Shown here in pieces: positions 30,801-37,477 of a stretch of DNA of 64,000 nucleotides. Below the pieces are notes generated by a model that had not been told where the DNA came from, did not search any database, and saw nothing but the letters and a program-made list of their open reading frames with translations. The stretch's first letter is position 1; the number at the start of each line of letters is the position of its first letter. The translations under genes and the position numbers were made by a program. The stretch is taken from the NCBI GenBank assembly GCA_963665235.2, contig CAXXLX010000002.1, forward strand, positions 672,001-736,000, read 5' to 3'. Origin of the DNA: Candidatus Poribacteria bacterium (GTDB lineage Bacteria > Poribacteria > WGA-4E > WGA-3G).

Positions 30801-31638
30801 TACAACGTGGGGTTTCACCTTTGAAGGGGTTCATATTGGCCCCAAACAAACGCTGTTAATCGTAACGCAGCGAGGCTCCAACTCTGGGCATTTCCCAGAG
30901 CACAAAGTTTACGATGTGTCAGTGCAGCACGCAGACATGCCCGGCGTAAGTGAACTACTTGACGTAAACCGATATTCGTTGTTAAGTAGTGCCGGGTTTA
31001 GTCTGATGCTGTCCGATGCCAACGGTAAAATGGTTGATAAAATTGGCAACCTTGATGGTGATTCCAAGACGATGGACAAACCCGCCTGGAAACTGCCCGC
31101 TGGCAGAACGTTAGAGGGGTATCGGAACTCATTAATCCGTAAGTATGAAAATGGCGAACCGCTTCCGGGCACAGAACAGTCAAGTTGGCAGGTGGCGAAA
31201 GATCTGAAACTCAGTTTTAGAACTTACTGGGGACATAGCACAGATATCGGTAATCCGGGCTATCGTCAGGGGGGTTATTTACCTGTATCGTTGTCGCATT
31301 TCGATGCGCTGTTCACAGGGACAGAAGTTGTGCTGAAGTGGACGACCGAGTCCGAGTTAGACAATGCGGGTTTCAATATCTATCGGAGTGAAACGCGGAC
31401 CGGTGCGTTCAAACAGATTAACGCTGAGCTAATTCGAGGTGCGGGTACGACAGGCGAGCGTCAGCAGTATGAATGGAAAGACACAACGGCGAAGCCGAAT
31501 GTTTCGTACTACTATCGTATAGAGGATGTATCGTTTAGCGGTGTGCGTGAACAGCTGCAGACGGTTCGGATGCGTGGACATGTATCCGCCTCTGGTAAAG
31601 AGCTACGGACTTGGGCTTCTATAAAATCGGATAGATAG
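21847..31638 (+). CDS. Giant secreted surface protein/adhesin: 24 Ig-like repeats, two lamin-tail-like domains, FN3-like domain and C-terminal K-L-x-T-W-x-x-I-K motif
   Basis: AAGGAGG RBS; signal peptide ending AHA|Q; 24 repeats of about 100 aa (FxEPxGxQ...FSKSVTGF...GSG..YTATVT..FDT); IFNEIY..DWIELKN and ISELM..QWIEFYN; LPVSLSHF..WTTESELDNAGFNIYRS..YYYRIEDV. Confidence 0.9.
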   Translation: MKMLSQIISRKNFSNTLTRNLFTGALMLLLLTAGMVLITPQDAHAQSVTVNFSEPTGTQTTKTFKVGVTLNLVASAGPGGNGTFTTGDVSVTTTRTQGSGDATVVAVTGSGKIYDVEIKPPGNAKGSITFTVKQNSISATHTSLGWVHGPSSAKTTNSISFDTTNLLTVDFTEPTGVQTSSTFTVPIAFSHTVTGFTASDITVATTRTSGSGDATVSLSGSGSSYTATVTPPTNAIGGVTLTVKKDSVTFNTNLNGPSTAETSKSIGFDTMPPPTVSFTEPAGTQAGTTFTVPITISKSVTGFAASDITVTTTRTSGTGNATVALSGSGTSYTATVTSPTAAKGTITLEVAKDAVTDGSNRTGPTSAATSSAISFDTTVPTVSFSLPTTTQTGATFGGSITFSKSVTGFDQNDLTITTTHTSGTGDATFTLSGSGKTYTVTVTLPSAAKGTVTLEVAKDAVTDGTRTGPSSKATSSAVNFDTTAPTVAFTEPADTQAGTTFDVPITFSKSVTGFSTADITITTTRTSGTGNATFTLSGSGEDYTATVTSPTAAKGTITLEIRKNAAIGAGKRSGPVNKVTSDAISFDTTVPTVTYTEPAGTQAAATFDVPITISKSVTGFAASDITVTTTRTSGTGDATVALSGSGTSYTATVTSPTAAKGTITLEVAADSVTDGTRTGPASKATSSAINFDTTVPTVSFTEPAGTQIADTFDVPITISKSVTGFAASDITVTSSTGTASVSLSGSGTSYTATVTSPTAAKGTVTLEVAADSVTDGTRTGPASKATSSAINFDTTVATVSFTEPAGTQIADTFDVPITISKSVTGLAASDITITTTRTSGTGDATVSLSGSGSSYTATVTSPTAAKGTITLEVAKNAVTDGTRTGPASKATSSAISFDTSTITVDFTEPTGTQIAPLGTFRVPITFSKNVTASDPKSDTGSFKTTNFSVTTTLTSGTGSASVQSVIGNPGGTGYDIDISLPSAAKGTVTLTVNANVATDGTRKGPASDTTSDAMSFDTTVPTADFTEPAGTQYGNTFNVPITFSKVVSGFAASDITVTTTRTSGTGDATVALSGSDSSYTAAVTLPTTAKGTVTLTIAKNSVTDGKIQKDYGVRKGPASDTTSDAISFDTTVPTVTYTEPAGTQYANTFTVPITFSKSVTGFTTVPNLTGNADLTVKTTRTSGTGNATVSLSGSGASYTATITSPTAAKGTITLEIAADSVTDGTRTGPASKATSSAISFDTTVTTVSFNEPAGTQYGNTFDVPITFSKSVTGFTASDLTLTSSTGTASVSLSGSGTSYTATVTSPTAAKGTITLEVAKDAVTDGTRTGPASKATSSAISFDTTVATVSFTEPAGTQVSDTFDVPITFSKSVTGFAASDITVTSSTGTASVSLSGSGTSYTATVTSPTAAKGTITLEVAADSVTDGTRTGPASKATSSAISFDTTVATVSFNEPNGVQTSNNFDVGIDFSKSVTGFTASDITLVTTLTSGSGTPSVSLSGSGSAYTATITSLTTAKGTIVLEVAKDAVTDGTRTAPASKAVSAAIAFDTTVPTVTFSEPKGTQTADTFTVGINFSKSVTGFEAGDLTLTTTKTGTPPTVDATRESGDLTLTTPPPQGFGDASFTLSGSGSSYTATVTSPTEAKGTVKFEIAKDAATDGTKQVPKNRQTSKNIAFDTTTPQVTYDEPQGVQIADTFDVGILFSKSVTGFEAGDIRLTTTHKVGTSGTGNASLTLKGSGESWIARITPPKASKGTVRLTIGAYTVTDGTRTGPNSELIGSAIAFDTTVATVSFSEPTGVQTVGVFDVPITFSKSVTGFNTVQDSLNNRTGVVADLTVTIVSENGSGGATVKLRGSGSAYVAAIIPPTAAKGTITLQVVRGAATDGTRPAPASKTTSKAIAFDTTVATVSFNEPTGTQYGSTFNVGITFSKGVTGFEASDITVKSSSGTASLTLSGSGTDYTARVTSPTNAKGTLTLQIAANSVTDVTDGARRAPASNANSKVIAFDTTQGTVSFSEPAGTQRADTFNVGITFSKSVTGFEAGDITLTTTHTNGSGNATFTLSGSGTSYTATVTSPTAAQGTVTLAVGKHTANDGANSVPATTETSQAIAFDTTLPAVSFTEPQGVQTGAFNVVITFSKSVTGFEVGDLTLTTTRTSGTGTAALSSLTGSGTNYAALIIPPANAAGSIDLTVKADAATDGVRNGPSQNASVSVSFDTQVNTPPVNLDPINAPPATLVFSEPSGTQRADTFDVGITFSKSVTGFEASDITVVSTSGTASLVLSGSGTSWTATITSPTDAAGSVTLEVAADAANDGVQDVPTTAQTSASVAFDTTVPSVSFTAPQGVQSSAFDVGITFSKSVTGFEVGDLTLTTTRTHGIGDATIALAGSGADYTATITLPVDAAGGISLTVKADAASDGVRNGPSENASVSVSFDTQVSTPPVDTPPANTPPVDTPPANTPPVNTDPTNTPPLNTNPTTLVFSEPSGTQLNNTFDVGITFSKPVTGFETDDITLITTRADTSGGTVSSVLTGEGANYTTTITVPAEAKGTLQVQVRADAANDGVYDMPTAVRTSESIAFDTTVPTVRFTVPQDVQTGPFDVDITFSKPVNRFELGDMTLTTTRMYGIDDATFTLTGSGTDYTVTITPPVDTAGEIVLTVKVNAGTDGVRNGPAADVSITIDFETESQLVDTGSTEEYGSDFGKVIFNEIYNGTEDKNDWIELKNVGQRSVNLGDWEIGIVTGNGKTLEEKKIITLPSYELLPNHILLILNSATEKTAIAAGIDIYTGRWDDAVLESWNVSRYLVTKKLKLPLPVEEKYLLTLREKKDRIGTSEAIVDVASTYWPNNLDHETLLWPLYIQKPTGIRPVFALDAAWRRTDKKIPGTTATKKLPGYLAAAWTASGYQEGRGYDKDAPKATSLGTPGHLNDYPVATNLPSGPVSISELMFATRDFGRAAPQWIEFYNTSNKTVDLRGWQFNLEVKPEPNTLRNTTWGFTFEGVHIGPKQTLLIVTQRGSNSGHFPEHKVYDVSVQHADMPGVSELLDVNRYSLLSSAGFSLMLSDANGKMVDKIGNLDGDSKTMDKPAWKLPAGRTLEGYRNSLIRKYENGEPLPGTEQSSWQVAKDLKLSFRTYWGHSTDIGNPGYRQGGYLPVSLSHFDALFTGTEVVLKWTTESELDNAGFNIYRSETRTGAFKQINAELIRGAGTTGERQQYEWKDTTAKPNVSYYYRIEDVSFSGVREQLQTVRMRGHVSASGKELRTWASIKSDR
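29150..29270 (+). repeat. 15/30-bp tandem repeat encoding a Pro-rich linker (TPPVD TPPAN)n
   Basis: ACGCCGCCTGTGGATACGCCTCCGGCTAAC twice, plus degenerate copies. Confidence 0.85.
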
Positions 31639-31648
31639 GATAAATTAA

Positions 31649-31762
31649 CAGGACTTACGCAAATTTAGCAGGAAACTCGTAGGGGCGGGGTCTCCCCGCC
31701 CGCTAGGTCTGCCTCTAAATCCCACTATCATAAGGGTTTATCAACGCGCTGCGTCCGTCCTG
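31649..31762 (+). mobile_element. MITE family A copy 2
   Basis: CAGGACTTACGCA...TGCGTCCGTCCTG; ATTAA direct repeats on both flanks. Confidence 0.8.
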
Positions 31763-31770
31763 ATTAAGTT

Positions 31771-31907
31771 ACGTAGGTCGAGTCAAGCGCAAGCAAAACC
31801 CGGCCTACAATAAAGTTTACCTGGATATTTCGGTAATCGACAGGCGATGAATCGTCCTACTACGAACATGCATGTTTGTAGTAAGGCAACCATTCATTGC
31901 CTGTCGT
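31771..31907. repeat. GTAG-type REP-like inverted doublets
   Basis: GTAGGTCG...CGGCCTAC, and CGACAGGCGATGAAT..CTACTAC / GTAGTAAGGC..ATTCATTGCCTGTCG inverted pair. Confidence 0.55.
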
Positions 31908-31917
31908 GCGTTAAGGA

Positions 31918-32199
31918 TTAGGTGTCTGTGGTGTCAGGCGGTTCAGGAAACGGTTCGGTGAATGGTTGATTTCGTGCCTCAGCATCAAGTCGTCTGTTAT
32001 TCCATTCAGCGAGTTCTTTGTAAACCTCGGCTATGCCTTTGGCTTTCGCTTCGGCTATGACTTGGGCTCTGCCTATGGCTCTGCCTTTAGCTATCCCTTC
32101 GGCCCTGCCTTCGGCCCTGCCTTCGGCCCTGCCTTCGGCTCTAGCTTCGGCGAATCGTCTTTTCCGTCTCTCCCGGTGATCTTTAAGCCGTGAAAACAT
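31918..32199 (-). CDS. Small soluble protein with (AEGR)n repeats, stand-alone paralog of the C-terminal half of the upstream gene
   Basis: Perfect TAAGGAGGT SD 6 nt before ATG 32199; MFSRL..RRKRRF.EAR.EG...EWNNRRL.A.ARN.PFTEP.PEPPDT is shared with 32326..32640. Confidence 0.75.
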   Translation of the reverse strand: MFSRLKDHRERRKRRFAEARAEGRAEGRAEGRAEGIAKGRAIGRAQVIAEAKAKGIAEVYKELAEWNNRRLDAEARNQPFTEPFPEPPDTTDT

Positions 32200-32325
32200 A
32201 ATCATACCTCCTTAGTTGGCAGTTGGCAGTTGGCAATTAGCAAGAGAAAGAGGTTTCTGCCGTGCGTCAAAAATCTGCTTATAATCATAACCGCTTGCCA
32301 ATAGCTAATCGCCAAGTGCTAATCG

Positions 32326-32871
32326 CTAATGAGTAGTGTCAGGTGGTTCGGGGAGGGGTTCGGTGAATGGTTCATTGCGTGCCTGTGCGGCAAGCCGTCT
32401 GTTATTCCATTCAGCGATTTCTTTGTAAATCTCGGTTTTCCCTTCGGCTCTGCCTTGGGTTATGCCTTCGGCTTTCCCTTCGGCTCTGCCTTGGGTTATG
32501 CCTTCGGCTTTCCCTTCGGCTCTGCCTTGGGTTATGCCTTCGGCTTTCCCTTCGGCTTTCCCTTCGGCTTTCCCTTCGGTTCTAGCTTCCTCGAAGCGTC
32601 TTTTCCGTCTGTCCCGATGGTCTTGAAGACGTGAAAACATAATCATAACTCCTTCTATAGTTAGGGTGAGACTTGTAGCCCAGGTCAACGCTTCACCGCC
32701 ATGCTCCAGCATCACGGAAAATGCCGCAGACCACGTCCGACCCTCAAGTATTCTCTCATGGAGGAGAATCCCTCCTAATATTGAATAGAAAATGAATATG
32801 AGACGAATTAGAGCGTCCTCACCATCTCGAACAGTGAACAACGCGGAACGTGTCTCCTTATTTTTTGTCAT
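32326..32871 (-). CDS. Membrane protein with C-terminal (AEGK/AEGITQGR)n module and a probable internal start at 32640
   Basis: One or two N-terminal hydrophobic helices; internal GAAGGAG 8 nt before in-frame ATG 32640; 36-bp and 12-bp tandem repeats. Confidence 0.75.
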   Translation of the reverse strand: MTKNKETRSALFTVRDGEDALIRLIFIFYSILGGILLHERILEGRTWSAAFSVMLEHGGEALTWATSLTLTIEGVMIMFSRLQDHRDRRKRRFEEARTEGKAEGKAEGKAEGITQGRAEGKAEGITQGRAEGKAEGITQGRAEGKTEIYKEIAEWNNRRLAAQARNEPFTEPLPEPPDTTH

Positions 32872-33279
32872 AGATAAATTTCCTTCCCTTATTGATATTC
32901 CTCGGCGGGTCGGTCAGTTTTTAAAAATACCGTGCCCTGCCGGGGGGGATTATATCGTTTGAGAATCTTACCTCGGTTTTGAAATAAACCTTAATAAACT
33001 ACTTACAGAATATTATACCAGCTTTTTCATCGATATTCCAGAAAAATATAATCTGGAGCGAGGGTATTTATTTCTCCCAATTTTTCGTTTGGCAACCGTT
33101 GACACTTGGAAGCGGTTGTTGGAAACCAGGAGTCTCTGGCGGGTGTCAAAAATCTGCTTATAATCACAACATCGTGCTAATTTGCTAATTGCTCTTCGCT
33201 AATCTAGTGTTCGTGCAAGCAGCCCGCTCCTCTACTGAACACTGCTTTGTGCCCTACTACAAAAGCGAAACCCGGCAAT

Positions 33280-35709
33280 TTACCGCAATTTCAACGGAAT
33301 ATCTAACACCTGCGGCAATAAACACTGCGTCTCATTACAAGGTTGATAGTCAAGCTTGAGGATAATCGTCCCATCTTTCTTGAGCGATTTATTCGGTTTC
33401 CGTTTCAACCTTACAGAAATCGTAAATGTCCCTTCGTAAACACGTAGGGCTGCATCGCTAAACTCAAATTTCACAGATTTGCCTTTCGGATAGTTCACAT
33501 CAACCACTTCTACCGGAGAATTCTCTTTATCGACGGTGATAGTCGTCGGAATTAAATTGTCTTGTCCCGCCGGGTTTGCGTTAATGTGCCACCCCGCATC
33601 AATTTTAACTTGAACCACCACGTCGAACTGCGCTTTTTGCGTCGGTGTTTTCATCTTCGCAGACGCTGTTACAACCGCCTGCGGTGAATCCCCAAACCCA
33701 AATTCTTCTAGAGGCAACCCCGGGACAGCCGTTTTCTCACCGTTTTCGTCTAAGTTGAAATAGCCGTTGAGAGCAAACAGCATGTGCATAAACGATGCGG
33801 GGGCATCTGCCATCGCTTCCGCAAAGCTAGACAACGTTTTCTCAACGTAATTCCGATAGTTTGTATCCGTTATCTCGGATATAGGCTGCGCATCCGCTGC
33901 CATCAGCATAAAAAAATTGTTAACAGCTACAGCGTTCCCCGACGGTACTGCAGAATCGTGCGGTTTTTTGGTGCGGACAATCAGCTGTTTCGCATCCGCC
34001 TTTGTGAAATAGAATCCCCCATTTTTATCGTCCCAAAAGTGTTGAATCATCTTATCGGTTAGCGGTATCGCGGCTTGCAACCAACGGTCTTCCCCTGTTG
34101 CCTTATGCAGCCCAAGCAGCCCACGGACGAAAAAGGCGTAATCGTCAAGATATGCATCGTATTTCACAACACCAGCGGTATACGTATGCCATAACTCACC
34201 GTTCGGCTTGCTGAGCGTGTCGAGGATAAATTGCGAAGCCTTTGAGGCAGCGGTGAGATACCGTTCTTCACCCAGCACCTCATATCCGTAAGCGAGTGCA
34301 TCTATCATCAAACCGTTCCAACTGACAATAATCTTCGTATCTAGCAGCGGTCGTTCCCGTTTGAAACGTTCCGAGAGGAGCGTTTCCCGCTCGGATTTTA
34401 CAGCTTTCAGGGCATCCTCCGCAGCTGCGTTGTATGGAACATAGAGGACACTTTTACCTTCAAAATTGGGGCCCTTATCTACCCCGTAAATAGTAGCAAA
34501 TTGCGCTGCATTTTCCGGTGCCACCCCTTTTCTGAAGAAAATTGTCTGAATTTCATCGGCTGTCCAGACGTAATATTTTCCCTCTTCGGCATCCGTTTCC
34601 GCGTCTAATGCGGCATAGAATCCGCCTTCGGGGGCAGTCATCTCACGAAAAACAAAACCGAAGATTTCCTCCGCAATTCGGCGGTAGCGCGGTTCTTGCG
34701 TCAGCTGATACGTTTGGAGATAAATTTTCGCTAATTGTGCGTTATCGTAGAGCATCTTCTCAAAGTGCGGGACGTGCCATTTTGCGTCAACGGCATATCT
34801 GTGAAACCCCCCGCCGATTTGGTCATAAATTCCACCGTAAGCCATCATATCCAACGTATGCGTCACCATCGTCAGAAGGGATTCCTGTTCTGTGTGCGGT
34901 GTTTGCTGATATTCACTCAGCAGAAATTCGAGATTGGCAGGGTTTGGAAATTTCGGGGCTGCCCCAAATCCACCGTCCGCCTGACTATAGGTCTCTTGTA
35001 GGTGCGCCACAGCAGCAGCGATAAGCGAGCGGTTGAGCGGTTTATCCGTTTCCTTAAGCTGGGTTTCTAAGCCAAGTCCTGCGGTGGTGAACCGTCTATT
35101 TGTCATTAATTCAATAGCGTACGTAATCCGGTCAGCCGATTCTATCACCTCTGCTTCTCGGGTTTTCCAAGCGTCTAGGACTAACGTCATGATAGTTGGA
35201 AACCCCGGCCTGCCGGGCATATCTGCCGGCGGAAAGTAGGTGCCCGCATAAAACGGTTTCAAATCGGGGGTGAGAAAGACAGAGTTAGGCCACCCGCCAC
35301 GTTGAAGCAATAGCTGCGTCGCTGTCATATAAATTTCGTCGAGGTCCGGGCGTTCCTCCCTATCAATTTTGATGTTAATAAAGTTCTCGTTCATCTGTTT
35401 CGCGATTTCTGGATTAGAGAAGACTTTCCGCTCCATCACGTGGCACCAGTAACACGTGGAATAGCCGACAGAGAGAAAAATCGGTTTGTTTTCCGCCTTC
35501 GCGCGTGTCAACGCCTCATCGCCCCACGGATACCACTCTACTGGATTGTGTGCATGAAGTAGAAGATAGGGGCTTGTTTCGTTGCTGAGCCGATTGGTCC
35601 ACTTCCATGAACCGTCCGGATTTTTGAGTGCAGCTTCGTCTGCACCTGCTATAATAGCGATATTAAGCAGTATGAGACAAACTATAATGTTGCGTATTTT
35701 CCTTTTCAT
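33280..35709 (-). CDS. DUF255 thioredoxin domain/YyaL (SPATA20-like) protein with a C-terminal DsbD-N-like domain
   Basis: [59 protein letters not shown]; C-terminal GWHINANP...YQPCNETQC; signal peptide from MKRK. Confidence 0.92.
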   Translation of the reverse strand: MKRKIRNIIVCLILLNIAIIAGADEAALKNPDGSWKWTNRLSNETSPYLLLHAHNPVEWYPWGDEALTRAKAENKPIFLSVGYSTCYWCHVMERKVFSNPEIAKQMNENFINIKIDREERPDLDEIYMTATQLLLQRGGWPNSVFLTPDLKPFYAGTYFPPADMPGRPGFPTIMTLVLDAWKTREAEVIESADRITYAIELMTNRRFTTAGLGLETQLKETDKPLNRSLIAAAVAHLQETYSQADGGFGAAPKFPNPANLEFLLSEYQQTPHTEQESLLTMVTHTLDMMAYGGIYDQIGGGFHRYAVDAKWHVPHFEKMLYDNAQLAKIYLQTYQLTQEPRYRRIAEEIFGFVFREMTAPEGGFYAALDAETDAEEGKYYVWTADEIQTIFFRKGVAPENAAQFATIYGVDKGPNFEGKSVLYVPYNAAAEDALKAVKSERETLLSERFKRERPLLDTKIIVSWNGLMIDALAYGYEVLGEERYLTAASKASQFILDTLSKPNGELWHTYTAGVVKYDAYLDDYAFFVRGLLGLHKATGEDRWLQAAIPLTDKMIQHFWDDKNGGFYFTKADAKQLIVRTKKPHDSAVPSGNAVAVNNFFMLMAADAQPISEITDTNYRNYVEKTLSSFAEAMADAPASFMHMLFALNGYFNLDENGEKTAVPGLPLEEFGFGDSPQAVVTASAKMKTPTQKAQFDVVVQVKIDAGWHINANPAGQDNLIPTTITVDKENSPVEVVDVNYPKGKSVKFEFSDAALRVYEGTFTISVRLKRKPNKSLKKDGTIILKLDYQPCNETQCLLPQVLDIPLKLR

Positions 35710-35723
35710 GACACTATATCCTT

Positions 35724-35936
35724 CTATTCCAAATCCTCCGATGTCCATGCTTCGGTAGCTTTTGCGAATTCCGCGGAAAGCTCTTCAGAAATAGTATTTT
35801 CAATTAGCTGTATAAGGTCAGCACGAAATTTAACCCAATCTTGACCACGGCGGGTAAATCTGTGCATACCAGCAATTTCAACGAACATCGTATCGTTCGG
35901 TTCCGACATAGATTCAAAATAACGATTAACTTGCAT
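35724..35936 (-). CDS. Small hypothetical protein (70 aa)
   Basis: AAGGAGG RBS; compact acidic helical sequence directly upstream of the DUF255 gene. Confidence 0.6.
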   Translation of the reverse strand: MQVNRYFESMSEPNDTMFVEIAGMHRFTRRGQDWVKFRADLIQLIENTISEELSAEFAKATEAWTSEDLE

Positions 35937-36012
35937 AATTTCCTCCTTTCTCTTTTATACTAAAGTTTTGGACAATTTTAGGAGTTTCCATTTCCGTTTT
36001 TTTTATAAACAT

Positions 36013-36126
36013 CAGGACTTACGCAAATTTATCAGGAGTCTTGTAGGGGCGGGGTCCCCCCGCCCGCTATGTCTCGCTCTAGAGCCCACTATCATAAGGG
36101 TTTATCAACGCGCTGCGTAAGTCCTA
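36013..36126 (+). mobile_element. MITE family A copy 3, inserted in the first unit of the 52-bp array
   Basis: CAGGACTTACGCA...TGCGTAAGTCCTA; AACAT duplicated; removing it restores TTTTATAAACATATCACCCCTACGGGG. Confidence 0.8.
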
Positions 36127-36394
36127 AACATATCACCCCTACGGGGTTTAGTCCGGGCGAGGTGTGATGTTCTCTATAAATATATCACCCCTACGGGGTT
36201 TAGTCCGGGCGAGGTGCGATGTTCTCTATAAATATATCACCCCTACGGGGTTTAGTCCGGGCGAGGTGTGATGTTCTCTATAAATATATCACCCCTACGG
36301 GGTTTAGTCCGGGCGAGGTGCGATGTTCTCTATAAATATATCACCCCTACGGGGTTTAGTCCGGGCGAGGTGCGGTGTTCTCTATAAATATACC
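36127..36394 (+). repeat. Tandem array, 5 x 52 bp, REP-like hairpin ACCCC-TAC-GGGGT
   Basis: Units at 36131, 36183, 36235, 36287, 36339: TATCACCCCTACGGGGTTTAGTCCGGGCGAGGTGYGATGTTCTCTATAAATA; no unique spacers. Confidence 0.92.
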
Positions 36395-36482
36395 ACGATT
36401 AGCAATTGGCAAATTGGCTCATTGGTGATTAGCAATTAGCAAGAGGTTTGTGATTCTAATACCATTTCTAATTGAAAATGTC

Positions 36483-36641
36483 TCTTTATTGTAGCATAAA
36501 CTTCCAGTTTGTGCTCTTTATTGTAGCATAAACTTCCAGTTTGTGCTCTTTATTGTAGCATAAACTTCCAGTTTGTGCTCTTTATTGTAGCATAAACTTC
36601 CAGTTTGTGCTCTTTATTGTAGCATAAACTTCCAGTTTGTG
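36483..36641 (+). repeat. Tandem array, 5 x 32 bp, GTAG-type hairpin GCATAAAC-TTCCA-GTTTGTGC
   Basis: TCTTTATTGTAGCATAAACTTCCAGTTTGTGC five times; single related copies near 19528, 2523 (rc) and 8778 (rc). Confidence 0.92.
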
Positions 36642-36787
36642 TCTTCCGTTCTCCGTTTGATTTCTAACAACCGGTAATGATAGAATAATTAATAAAAATG
36701 GTATAAGAAGAACTCTGAAGCGCGTCAGAGACCTCTTTCTCTTGCCAACAGCCAATAGCCAACAGCCAATAGCCAACAGCCAATCAC

Positions 36788-37474
36788 CTACATCCATTCG
36801 TGCATTTCCCAACCTTCAGTGAGTGCTTTTTTGCGGAGAGCACCGCTCGGATTCACAACAGCAGGGTAACCAACGCAATTCAACATCGGTAGGTCAGATT
36901 GACTATCGCTATAGGCGTAACAAATTGGCAGCGGAATTTCCGTTTCATCCGCGAAGGTTGTCAATGCGATTTCCTTCTGTTTTCCGATAAGCGGGTCAGT
37001 TGTGAGTGCACCTGTGAACTTTCCATCCTGTTCTTCAAGCTGTGGTGCCAGAACAGAATCTACTTCAAGGTAGTCCGCAATCGGTTGAACGATGAAATCC
37101 AATGAACCCGTCACGAATACAACGTAGTCCCCCCGTTCCTTATGCTCCTGAATTTGGGTGACAGCTGCAGAGAAGATTTTCTCGCGGATATAGGTCCCAA
37201 ACATATCTGCAGCCAACGTCTTTATTTCCGCCGCATTCATCCCGCGATAGTTTCTATAGAAAACCTGATTGAACCGTGTTCGGCTGAATCTATCCAGAAT
37301 GAGATAGTAGACAATTTTCGGGAGAAACCCGATTAACCAAAAAACCTTTAGAAACCGCGAGAGCGATGCAGTCCGCAACCAAATGTAGTAGTGGACGATA
37401 GTTGATTTGAGCAAAGTGCCATCTACATCAAAAAAGGCGATGGCATTCTTTTCTAGCGAATCCATGTTTTTCAA
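36788..37474 (-). CDS. HAD-IB family phosphatase (SerB-like)
   Basis: FFDVDGTL, VTGS, K, YSDSQSDLPML...VNP; 3 bp downstream of the ElbD-like gene (start may be ATG 37465). Confidence 0.9.
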   Translation of the reverse strand: MKNMDSLEKNAIAFFDVDGTLLKSTIVHYYIWLRTASLSRFLKVFWLIGFLPKIVYYLILDRFSRTRFNQVFYRNYRGMNAAEIKTLAADMFGTYIREKIFSAAVTQIQEHKERGDYVVFVTGSLDFIVQPIADYLEVDSVLAPQLEEQDGKFTGALTTDPLIGKQKEIALTTFADETEIPLPICYAYSDSQSDLPMLNCVGYPAVVNPSGALRKKALTEGWEMHEWM

Positions 37475-37477
37475 TCC

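Noticed and set aside
31966-32634. Plus-strand ORFs with FGPA/FGFP/LRLS repeats
   Set aside because: Antisense shadows of the AEG repeats; the minus-strand genes carry the SD sequences
36127-36641. CRISPR array interpretation of the 52-bp and 32-bp arrays
   Set aside because: Units are essentially identical end to end with no unique spacers, and no cas genes are in the window
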